DNA from: Flectonema sp. DT1601
Taxonomy: Eukaryota
Length of the DNA stretch: 64,000 nucleotides
Assembly: GCA_964019425.1 (NCBI GenBank)
Contig: OZ025785.1
Coordinates: 1,364,001 to 1,428,000, forward strand
Reading direction: 5' to 3'
Program-made: the position numbers and the translations under genes
Notes under the pieces: generated by a model
What the model saw: only the letters and a program-made list of their open reading frames with translations
Databases searched by the model: none
What the model was told of the DNA's origin: nothing
Shown here: one piece after another, positions 45,653-55,968 of the stretch
How positions within the stretch are numbered: position 1 is the stretch's first letter
How the letters are laid out: every line of letters begins with the position of its first letter

Positions 45653-48600
45653 CAATACTGCTGCATCTGTTCCTGTTCGATTCAATGATGACAAAAACTA
45701 ATAATTTGGCAATTTGCGTGTGAACTTCTTGTTTTGATCAGAATAATTAGAAGACGAGACTGACACACTTCTCTCTTTTTCTCTCACTCTTAGTTGTTGT
45801 TGTTGCTGTTGCATTCCCCTTCTTCATCTTAATATCTTGTGATGACAATGACACATTAGTGTAGTGCGCATCTGACCGTTGGAATTCTATTCCTCGGGAT
45901 GGGAATACAACTGACTCGCTCTTGCTGACAATACTGCTGCTTCTGTTCCTGTTCGATTCCATGATGACAAAAACTAATAATTTGGCAATTTGCGTGTGAA
46001 CTTCTTGTTTTGATCAGAATAATTAGAAGACGAGACTGATTCACTTCTCTCTTTTTCTCTCACTCTTTGTTGTTGCTGTTGCATTCCCCTTCTTCATCTT
46101 AATATCTCGTGATGACAATGACACATTAGTGTAGTGCGCATCTGACCGTTGGAATTCTATTCCTCGGGATGGGAATACAACTGACTCGCTCTTGCTGACA
46201 ATACTGCTGCATCTGTTCCTGTTCGATTCAATGATGACAAAAACTAATAATTTGGCAATTTGCGTGTGAACTTCTTGTTTTGATCAGAATAATTAGAAGA
46301 CGAGACTGACATATTTCTCTCTTTTTCTCTCACTCTTTGTTGTTGTTGTTGCTGTTGCATTCCCCTTCTTCATCTTAATATCTCGTGATGACAATGACAC
46401 ATTAGTGTAGTGCGCATCTGACCGTTGGAATTCTATTCCTCGGGATGGGAATACAACTGACTCGCTCTTGCTGACAATACTGCTGCATCTGTTCCTGTTC
46501 GATTCAATGATGACAAAAACTAATAATTTGGCAATTTGCGTGTGAACTTCTTGTTTTGATCAGAATAATTAGAAGACGAGACTGACACACTTCTCTCTTT
46601 TTCTCTCACTCTTAGTTGTTGTTGTTGCTGTTGCATTCCCCTTCTTCATCTTAATATCTTGTGATGACAATGACACATTAGTGTAGTGCGCATCTGACCG
46701 TTGGAATTCTATTCCTCGGGATGGGAATACAACTGACTCGCTCTTGCTGACAATACTGCTGCTTCTGTTCCTGTTCGATTCCATGATGACAAAAACTAAT
46801 AATTTGGCAATTTGCGTGTGAACTTCTTGTTTTGATCAGAATAATTAGAAGACGAGACTGATTCACTTCTCTCTTTTTCTCTCACTCTTTGTTGTTGCTG
46901 TTGCATTCCCCTTCTTCATCTTAATATCTCGTGATGACAATGACACATTAGTGTAGTGCGCATCTGACCGTTGGAATTCTATTCCTCGGGATGGGAATAC
47001 AACTGACTCGCTCTTGCTGACAATACTGCTGCATCTGTTCCTGTTCGATTCAATGATGACAAAAACTAATAATTTGGCAATTTGCGTGTGAACTTCTTGT
47101 TTTGATCAGAATAATTAGAAGACGAGACTGACATATTTCTCTCTTTTTCTCTCACTCTTTGTTGTTGTTGTTGCTGTTGCATTCCCCTTCTTCATCTTAA
47201 TATCTCGTGATGACAATGACACATTAGTGTAGTGCGCATCTGACCGTTGGAATTCTATTCCTCGGGATGGGAATACAACTGACTCGCTCTTGCTGACAAT
47301 ACTGCTGCATCTGTTCCTGTTCGATTCCATGATGACAAAAACTAATAATTTGGCAATTTGCGTGTGAACTTCTTGTTTTGATCAGAATAATTAGAAGACG
47401 AGACTGACATATTTCTCTCTTTTTCTCTCACTCTTTGTTGTTGTTGTTGCTGTTGCATTCCCCTTCTTCATCTTAATATCTCGTGATGACAATGACACAT
47501 TAGTGTAGTGCGCATCTGACCGTTGGAATTCTATTCCTCGGGATGGGAATACAACTGACTCGCTCTTGCTGACAATACTGCTGCATCTGTTCCTGTTCGA
47601 TTCAATGATGACAAAAACTAATAATTTGGCAATTTGCGTGTGAACTTCTTGTTTTGATCAGAATAATTAGAAGACGAGACTGATTCACTTCTCTCTTTTT
47701 CTCTCACTCTTTGTTGTTGCTGTTGCATTCCCCTTCTTCATCTTAATATCTCGTGATGACAATGACACATTAGTGTAGTGCGCATCTGACCGTTGGAATT
47801 CTATTCCTCGGGATGGGAATACAACTGACTCGCTCTTGCTGACAATACTGCTGCATCTGTTCCTGTTCGATTCCATGATGACAAAAACTAATAATTTGGC
47901 AATTTGCGTGTGAACTTCTTGTTTTGATCAGAATAATTAGAAGACGAGACTGACATAATTCTCTCTTTTTCTCTCACTCTTTGTTGTTGTTGTTGCTGTT
48001 GCATTCCCCTTCTTCATCTTAATATCTCGTGATGACAATGACACATTAGTGTAGTGCGCATCTGACCGTTGGAATTCTATTCCTCGGGATGGGAATACAA
48101 CTGACTCGCTCTTGCTGACAATACTGCTGCTTCTGTTCCTGTTCGATTCAATGATGACAAAAACTAATAATTTGGCAATTTGCGTGTGAACTTCTTGTTT
48201 TGATCAGAATAATTAGAAGACGAGACTGACATATTTCTCTCTTTTTCTCTCACTCTTTGTTGTTGCTGTTGCTGTTGCATTCCCCTTCTTCATCTTAATA
48301 TCTCGTGATGACAATGACACATTAGTGTAGTGCGCATCTGACCGTTGGAATTCTATTCCTCGGGATGGGAATACAACTGACTCGCTCTTGCTGACAATAC
48401 TGCTGCATCTGTTCCTGTTCGATTCAATGATGACAAAAACTAATAATTTGGCAATTTGCGTGTGAACTTCTTGTTTTGATCAGAATAATTAGAAGACGAG
48501 ACTGACATATTTCTCTCTTTTTCTCTCACTCTTTGTTGTTGTTGTTGCTGTTGCATTCCCCTTCTTCATCTTAATATCTCGTGATGACAATGACACATTA

Positions 48601-49745
48601 GTGTAGTGCGCATCTGACCGTTGGAATTCTATTCCTCGGGATGGGAATACAACTGACTCGCTCTTGCTGACAATACTGCTGCATCTGTTCCTGTTCGATT
48701 CAATGATGACAAAAACTAATAATTTGGCAATTTGCGTGTGAACTTCTTGTTTTGATCAGAATAATTAGAAGACGAGACTGACACACTTCTCTCTTTTTCT
48801 CTCACTCTTAGTTGTTGTTGTTGCTGTTGCATTCCCCTTCTTCATCTTAATATCTTGTGATGACAATGACACATTAGTGTAGTGCGCATCTGACCGTTGG
48901 AATTCTATTCCTCGGGATGGGAATACAACTGACTCGCTCTTGCTGACAATACTGCTGCTTCTGTTCCTGTTCGATTCCGTGATGACAAAAACTAATAATT
49001 TGGCAATTTGCGTGTGAACTTCTTGTTTTGATCAGAATAATTAGAAGACGAGACTGACATATTTCTCTCTTTTTCTCTCACTCTTTGTTGTTGTTGTTGC
49101 TGTTGCATTCCCCTTCTTCATCTTAATATCTCGTGATGACAATGACACATTAGTGTAGTGCGCATCTGACCGTTGGAATTCTATTCCTCGGGATGGGAAT
49201 ACAACTGACTCGCTCTTGCTGACAATACTGCTGCTTCTGTTCCTGTTCGATTCCGTGATGACAAAAACTAATAATTTGGCAATTTGCGTGTGAACTTCTT
49301 GTTTTGATCAGAATAATTAGAAGACGAGACTGACACACTTCCCTCTTTTCCTCTCTTTGTTGTTGTTACTGTTGATAAATTTCTCAGTTTTCTCGATCTT
49401 GTCTTAAGTCTGAAGTAGTAATTAGAAAAACATATTCTCCAAGAAGTAGGTTGCGTTGAAGTGATTTTTAAAATTATATCGTGAAAGCAGCAGGAAATTT
49501 GTTTGATATCCTTAAGATTTATTGATGAATTGAATTATTTTGTTTATTAGTGATAATATAGACACATACACCCAGCAGTTGCTAGGCTCAAGAAGGGAAT
49601 CGTTGACTCCTCGGTTGAAATGCCGCTATGGATAATATTGCCTTCTTCTAGGAGAAGATGTTTTATTAATTAGTAGATTTTGATTATAAATTGATCAAAT
49701 AATTTATTGCAATTTCAGAGTATTATAAAAAAGAAAAAAACTAAT

Positions 49746-50403
49746 ATGACTTGCAGCTCTGTAGACTTATCAAAGCCATCTCTTTGGTTCTCTGTGGCAA
49801 CTACTGCGCTTTGCCCAACAATCTGGAACTGGTTAGGTAAACAGGAATATGAGACCAAAATGTTGTCAAAGATCTTTGGTGGAGCATACCCAGGATGTTA
49901 TGCCTTGGCTGCATGGATCTTTTCATTTAGTTCTGTGAGAGACGCTGCTTTTGGAAAGGCTTTGGAAGAACAGCCAACAGTAGAGATGGATGATACCGCA
50001 GCTAAGGTTGCTGGGTATGGTTTAATTAGTACTGGTACTGTATTTGTTATGTCATCATTTTACCGTCTTGGAATAACTGGAACGTTCCTTGGTGACTACT
50101 TTGGTATCCTGATGGAAAACATGGTGACTGGATTTCCCTTTAACGTTCTTAGCGATCCAATGTACGTAGGATCGACAATGAACTTTCTAGGATTGGCACT
50201 TCTGAAAAAGTCACCTGCTGGTGTTCTTCTCTCAGCATGGGTTTGGATCGTTTACTTCATCTCAACTCGTTTTTATGAAGGGTATGTTTTGTTATTATTA
50301 ACCTCGTTATCATTTTTTACTACGTTATCTGGTTATTATATAAATCTAATACAGGCCTTTCACTTCCAGAATCTATGCTGAAAAGGCTGCAAAAATGGAT
50401 TAG
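49746..50403 (+). CDS. PEMT: Phosphatidyl-N-methylethanolamine methyltransferase (PEMT/Opi3), two exons (49746-50281, 50355-50403)
   Basis: LGITGTFLGDYFGILM, VTGFPFNVLSDPMYVGST. The GTATGT..TACAG intron at 50282-50354 restores YEGPFTSRIYA. Confidence 0.93.
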
Positions 50404-51061
50404 AAAAAAAAACGATGCTACGACCTTGTTGTTTGTAAAACGTAATACTTAGTTCAGCTATTAGAGCCTCCGTAAACGATGAGTCTTGATATCAGATTAA
50501 AATCAAAAGTGTTTTTTTATCAACTTATGTGACTGCGTTGGCAACAACTCATATTCAACACATATAAATGAATATTTTAGTTGCATGCCGTGAATTGCAT
50601 TTGCGTGACATTGTTTGTTCCCTTTGGTTGTTATGCGGAACTGTTTTTTCAGATTTGGTTCGTCATATTATATGATACACAAAAAATAAATAACGAACGT
50701 TTTTTAACAGATTGGAATATTTCATCAAGCGTTTTTTTCTTTCTTGTAATTTTTTGTATAAAAAATGAAGGAGAAAATCGTTTTTGTACCATATCAAAAA
50801 AAGTCATCAAATATTTTTCAGATTAAAGGCGGCAAGCGTTCACGAGGCTCGTTTTCTGTTCAAATTCGTGATATTTACTACTATGTGGTTCTTCAAATTA
50901 TTTTCTTTTACACATTCACATAAGACAATGGCTATAAGTTATTATAAATTGACACTACTCCGACTTGACAGCATTTCTTTCTCTGCGTGTTATGATGATT
51001 CATGTTGCGTATTAACCCTTGATTTATTTATCCAAGTACCCCTACAGAAAAGAAACTCAAC

Positions 51062-51613
51062 ATGGAGACTCGTCCAATGTACGGAGGTGCTATGCAGATG
51101 GCTTTACCAAAAAACTTCTTCGACACCAGTCAGGTCCGGCAAGTTCCAGATAATCAAGAGGTGTGGGTTGATGGTGACACAAATCAAAGTGTCATTTTAG
51201 AAATATTAGAAGTCTTACCTGACAAGATAGGAGAAGAACTAGTGAAGTATCATTTTGAGGAGTTAGGTTTAGCGAACAAATGCGGTAAGGAAGACTTGAG
51301 AATATTGGGAACAAAAGAACTATCTCCCGGGGAATTGAAAAACTTTGAAGGAATGGTAGCGACAGCTTACAGTTTGTCTGGAGATCAGTTTGCTCAAAAA
51401 TTCAATGAAACGACATCAAAGAATGTCGTAAATATTCAAATGTGTATTATTCGTTTAGCGCCACCTATGAACGCTGATTTACTTCTATCAATAAACACAC
51501 CAGTCAGGGTTGATCCTAAGTCATCAGATGCTAATCTTGCTAAGGCTACTGATTCATATTTTAGTGAAATCGTATCATCGTTGAAGCTAAACGATCCTGG
51601 ACTGTTTGTCTAG
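51062..51613 (+). CDS. MOG1: Ran guanine-nucleotide release factor Mog1
   Basis: MYGGAM..LP..F.D.S..RQVPDNQEVW, QSVILEILE, IRL...ADLLLSINTP, GLFV end. Confidence 0.92.
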   Translation: METRPMYGGAMQMALPKNFFDTSQVRQVPDNQEVWVDGDTNQSVILEILEVLPDKIGEELVKYHFEELGLANKCGKEDLRILGTKELSPGELKNFEGMVATAYSLSGDQFAQKFNETTSKNVVNIQMCIIRLAPPMNADLLLSINTPVRVDPKSSDANLAKATDSYFSEIVSSLKLNDPGLFV

Positions 51614-51888
51614 ACTTTTAATAATTCAAGTCTCTGTATGAATTAATAACGTCTTTAAACAGCTTTAAAAGTTTATATTCCTAACTATTCAAACCCAAAC
51701 ACAGAGATGACTTATTATCGGTTATCAAATTACTGTGACAGCTGTTCGCTTTTTTTTTCTTCTTCTTTTCCCGTCGTTTTTCAAATGCCGGATACTTGCA
51801 GCAAATTCTCAAGGTTGACAATAAGACAAGAAGTTTAGGGATCAGGGTGGGAATTTATTTCTTGTTCTTCTTAAAGGACAATAACAAA

Positions 51889-53682
51889 ATGATTCACGAA
51901 GCAGAGTACAGTAATGAACACCTCCGACATCCGGTTGTCAGTGGTGGGGAAATTGAAAGTAGCAGATTCAGAGATCGGGGTAATATTTCACTAAAAAAAG
52001 GAGACTACGGAGCTGCTGAACAACTATACGGAATGGCACTAGGATCAGCAGGGAATGTAGCACAGTATGTTATGGGATTCTCAAACAGGGCAGAGGCAAG
52101 ACTTAGAATGGGACGTTACGAAGCTGCAGCAGCAGACGCATCCAGAGCCGTTCAATTAGACCCTCAAAACGTAAAAGCTTTTTATAGACTCGGACAAGCC
52201 CACAGACATCTCAATGATAATATGGAAGCGTTGAAGGCTTTTGGGAAAGCCCTGGCACTGAGACCAACTGAACCAGAAATATTGGAAGCGATGAGGACGT
52301 GTTCTGAACCTGTTAAAAACCCTCCACAACAACCGGAAATAGAACAAAAACATGAAGAAATAACTGAGTCTGATGATGAGGTCATTGACATCAGTGACAG
52401 CTCTCTCATTACATCAAATGCCCCAAACAATTCCGAAAAGAAAACCGTTACTATACAAGAACCGGTTAGTGATAACGACGATGACGATGATGAAGTTCTT
52501 GACATCCCATTTGACTCAGTCATCACACAACAACCAACTGCAACATCTACAGCACCATTAACAAGTATTTCTATAAGTGAAAAGTTTCAATCTTCAGATC
52601 TTCAACTTGTTAATTCTTTAAAATCAAAATTAAGTTTATGTGAAGAAGACGAACCAGACGTGATTCCTATAACATCTGAAAATGAAAATTTAATAACAGA
52701 AGAATACCAACAACCTTCACAACAAGTAATCGAAGCCAACAGAGAGAGAGCAATAAAAGTGATGAAGGGAGTAAAGAATGACAATAATAAAACTAAATCA
52801 CTTAATGAGATGTATCGACACTTCCAATCCATTAACGACGATCAATCAGATGATGAAGACGATGGTAAAACAATGCTACGAGAAGCTGCTGAACAAGTTA
52901 ACCCAGAACTTGTATCGCAAGCCAAGACTATCTTTGACGCCTTCGACAAAGATAAGAACGGTTTCTGGTCATACGAAGAAGCTATCCTCGCTGCTCAAAC
53001 ACTCGAAAATCGAGAACTTACACCAGAAGCCTTCAATATACGTTGTGAAGAATATGGCTCTGACCGTACTATGGGATGGGCCTCCAGTGATCTTATTAAC
53101 ATGTACACTTCTTCTCCAGAAAACGTTATTGGTTTAAGAAAGCATTTAGAGATAGTAAATCAACAAGAAAGGAGGGAAAAAGGAGTCGATATTCACACCT
53201 ACTCACCTGAAGAACATGTTGAGGCTTTCATTAATAACCTTTGGAAAAAAGGAACTGTCTACGGACAAGGATCAAAGAATGATACTTATGATATTATTTG
53301 GCATGATGGAGAAGGGACCAGAGATGTTCCAGCCAGTTGCCTGAGAAAGCTGTTTGTTGGTTGGGCAGGAGATGAGAAAGGGGTTCCTGCGAAAAAGAAA
53401 ATTGCTGCCGGGCAGCATCTTGATCCAAACACTGGTCTCCTTGCTCCTGTCACTCGAACAGATGAAAGTTCATCTTCTAGCAGGGAAAGACCTTCCGCTG
53501 AAGAGATGGACAAGTGGGGTTCAAATTTAGTAAGCGAACTACCAGCGAAGTCAGACCTCCCTGAAGAACCTGTCCAACGTCTCGGTATGACCGTCGCAAT
53601 GACTGGCATGGGCGACGAGGGAGGAATGCTATCAAAAGAAAAGGTTCGCGGCTTCTTAAATCTCAGAAAACGTGCTGGCTAG
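51889..53682 (+). CDS. TPR + EF-hand + Tudor/Agenet-like multidomain protein
   Basis: TPR triplet (FSNRAEA, VKAFYRLGQA), acidic linker, EF-hand loop DKDKNGFWSYEE, then VEAF...WKKGTV...TYDIIWHDG...VPASCLR. Confidence 0.85.
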   Translation: MIHEAEYSNEHLRHPVVSGGEIESSRFRDRGNISLKKGDYGAAEQLYGMALGSAGNVAQYVMGFSNRAEARLRMGRYEAAAADASRAVQLDPQNVKAFYRLGQAHRHLNDNMEALKAFGKALALRPTEPEILEAMRTCSEPVKNPPQQPEIEQKHEEITESDDEVIDISDSSLITSNAPNNSEKKTVTIQEPVSDNDDDDDEVLDIPFDSVITQQPTATSTAPLTSISISEKFQSSDLQLVNSLKSKLSLCEEDEPDVIPITSENENLITEEYQQPSQQVIEANRERAIKVMKGVKNDNNKTKSLNEMYRHFQSINDDQSDDEDDGKTMLREAAEQVNPELVSQAKTIFDAFDKDKNGFWSYEEAILAAQTLENRELTPEAFNIRCEEYGSDRTMGWASSDLINMYTSSPENVIGLRKHLEIVNQQERREKGVDIHTYSPEEHVEAFINNLWKKGTVYGQGSKNDTYDIIWHDGEGTRDVPASCLRKLFVGWAGDEKGVPAKKKIAAGQHLDPNTGLLAPVTRTDESSSSSRERPSAEEMDKWGSNLVSELPAKSDLPEEPVQRLGMTVAMTGMGDEGGMLSKEKVRGFLNLRKRAG

Positions 53683-53852
53683 GCCAGCCTTTGTCATAAA
53701 CAGAATTGAAGCTTTACATTTAGTTTTTATTTTCCTATATTATGATTAGAAATAATTATACTAATTGGGTGTACAACACCAAATCATACAACCGTTCGGT
53801 ACATTACTTTTATAAAACATATCTCCAACACGCACACAGACAAATAATAATA

Positions 53853-55697
53853 ATGACAATTGAACTCGTAGATGACGTGAGTGGTTTTGACTCCGTTCAA
53901 GCAGCAGACACAATAGATGCTTTACTGAGTCAACACGGAGGAAGGCTAGAAGTTCATAATTTAGTTGGATTGTATCCTGGAGTCAAAAACATGCTTGCAG
54001 GTAGAAGAGTAGTGACATTCCTACAAGAAAGCACCAGCAGATTTGATGTAATTCAAATGGGAACAGAGAATACCGTCATTGTAGTCAGCAAACAATCGAA
54101 AGACGTATCAAATTTTAGAATGCTCAAGACTGCGATGGTAATTAGCGGAGCTGAAAACTACGAAAGAGACCTCTGCGCGTCCTTAATAAATGGAATCGTG
54201 TTTTACACGAGTAAAAACACAACAGAAGAATACACGCCAATTAAATGGCTTTATGCTCACAGAAGCATTCCTAAATTCTTAAAAGGTTGGTCTCAAACAC
54301 ATCCAAATCCTGAATGGCTTTATCAACACAAACCTAACTTTGGAGGATATGTTGACGTCAACGCAGCTAAATTAGCAAGTCAATCAGCTTATTTACATCA
54401 TTTTCTCGGTATAAACGATTCAGTATTTCAGTTTAATGATACGAAGAAAGCTGTTTCTCTCTGTAAGACGGAAACGTCAACGAAATTAATTAACAATTTA
54501 CTTGAAAAATTTAATGGTAAAAAAACTTCTGCGAAGAAGACGAAAGTTGAAACAACCGACAGCAACTGCAGTTTACCAGCTGTTGATGTGAGTAATGTAG
54601 CAGCAGGAGATGTGGTAATTGTTGGAAGGGTTTCATCAAGAAGTAGAGGCCTAAACACATCTGAGCTACAATTGTATTCAGAATGGTGTAACAACCACTC
54701 TGAAACTACTGAAAACTGTTTACAACTATCTGAAATTAAATGCGGTTTGGTATTGGTATCTGGAGGAAGTACATCAGCCAGAAAGATGTGGAATAATAAC
54801 ATCGAATCACTTACATCAGTAAGAAGACAGCTAACACTGTTAGCAATTTCTAACACTCGTTCTGGGTTTAGAAGATTGATACCTTCAGCGATTGCTTCTC
54901 TACCAAATGATCAAACATATCATCTAAACTACGAAACGTATTATCCAGAAGTAGATCCGTCAACTCTACCCTTCCATGATATGAGTAGCGACGCGAGTAT
55001 TATTTCATTAATATTATCAAACTTAAAAGATCGTTATTCCCCTGACTGCGACGATAATAGTTCTGAACTGTTTGTTGTGTCATCAAGTGATTGTTTCTTG
55101 TTGGGATGTGTGTCTGGGTTTGGTTCTAAAAAGATTCAAAAATTCGTTAATTCATGGGAAAAGCGTCCATTCATCTTCAGTGGTGCCATGGAAGGATGGA
55201 TTGCAGCTTCTGTAGTGTCGGTTGCATTATTATCTCACGCGATTATAAATAAAACAAACAACTTGATTCCAGACATGGTACTAGACGCTTGCTGCGGAAG
55301 TGGAACTCTAGCAGCCGCATCTTCAGTTTTAGGAGTTAAGAATGTTGTTGGGTTTGAGATTAGGGACACCTTTGTATCGAGAATACAAGAAAATCTCGAC
55401 CACTGCTCCATCAGTAGTGTGTGTATATTCCACAAGGATAGTTCTGATAAACTGAATCTCAATTCACAACCGAATTTAATAATTTGCAACGCTCCATGGG
55501 GAAAGAAATTTGGAACTGAAAAAGACTGTGTCAACATCGTAAGTAATATCATTACGTCATGTCCAAAGTCAACTATGGCTTTCGTTATTCCAAAACAAGT
55601 AATCCAAAGTATCGTAAGCAGTGGTGTCAATATAACTATTCACAAAGTAGTACCTCTTGGTGTTGTTAATCTTTTTATAATAACTGTTGATGAATAG
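53853..55697 (+). CDS. Class I SAM-dependent RNA methyltransferase-like protein (Trm11/THUMP-type C-terminal domain)
   Basis: C-terminal RPFIFSGAM, VLDACCGSGT, VGFEI and IICNAPWG motifs. Long unassigned N-terminus. The start could alternatively be 53742. Confidence 0.8.
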   Translation: MTIELVDDVSGFDSVQAADTIDALLSQHGGRLEVHNLVGLYPGVKNMLAGRRVVTFLQESTSRFDVIQMGTENTVIVVSKQSKDVSNFRMLKTAMVISGAENYERDLCASLINGIVFYTSKNTTEEYTPIKWLYAHRSIPKFLKGWSQTHPNPEWLYQHKPNFGGYVDVNAAKLASQSAYLHHFLGINDSVFQFNDTKKAVSLCKTETSTKLINNLLEKFNGKKTSAKKTKVETTDSNCSLPAVDVSNVAAGDVVIVGRVSSRSRGLNTSELQLYSEWCNNHSETTENCLQLSEIKCGLVLVSGGSTSARKMWNNNIESLTSVRRQLTLLAISNTRSGFRRLIPSAIASLPNDQTYHLNYETYYPEVDPSTLPFHDMSSDASIISLILSNLKDRYSPDCDDNSSELFVVSSSDCFLLGCVSGFGSKKIQKFVNSWEKRPFIFSGAMEGWIAASVVSVALLSHAIINKTNNLIPDMVLDACCGSGTLAAASSVLGVKNVVGFEIRDTFVSRIQENLDHCSISSVCIFHKDSSDKLNLNSQPNLIICNAPWGKKFGTEKDCVNIVSNIITSCPKSTMAFVIPKQVIQSIVSSGVNITIHKVVPLGVVNLFIITVDE

Positions 55698-55968
55698 GTC
55701 ATAAAATTATTCATTAGAAAATATTTATGTTTTCGCGCAGAATATCACTGCCTGCGAAAAACGATTTTTTTTTTCGTTTTCTTAGAGACTATAGTGTGGG
55801 TGGTATTCTTTTTTTCCCCTTTTTCAGATGAAATAATGTGGGAATTGAGAAATCATGAAGCCGGTGGTGTTTTTTTTTCGTATTAAAAAAAGTAACTTTC
55901 CTTCTCTAGGGTCTCCCCAACTCCCCATCACAAAAAAACGTAAATGCAATTACGATAGTCTAAACAAA

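Larger units (their letters stand above)
45412..49333 (+). repeat. Tandem array 2 of the same two-snoRNA unit (15 x snoRNA-A, 14 x snoRNA-B)
   Basis: snoRNA-A C boxes at 45412, 45685, 45961, 46231, 46507, 46783, 47053, 47329, 47605, 47875, 48151, 48427, 48703, 48979 and 49255. Last D box at 49330-49333. Confidence 0.95.

Noticed and set aside
45412..49333. CRISPR-like or SL RNA/5S array interpretation
   Set aside because: There are no unique spacers or cas genes, and I saw no spliced-leader exon (AACTAA...) or 5S sequence in the unit.
2812..49338. Repeated minus-strand ORFs (MESNRNRSSS..., MEVCQSRLLII...) within the two tandem arrays
   Set aside because: They are antisense readings of the snoRNA unit. 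Starts and stops come and go between copies, and the + strand boxes and guides explain the conservation.
49590..49658. Hairpin (AAGAAGG...CCTTCTT) downstream of array 2 as a single-hairpin H/ACA (AGA) RNA
   Set aside because: Box spacing from the putative pocket is too long, and I could not identify an rRNA target.
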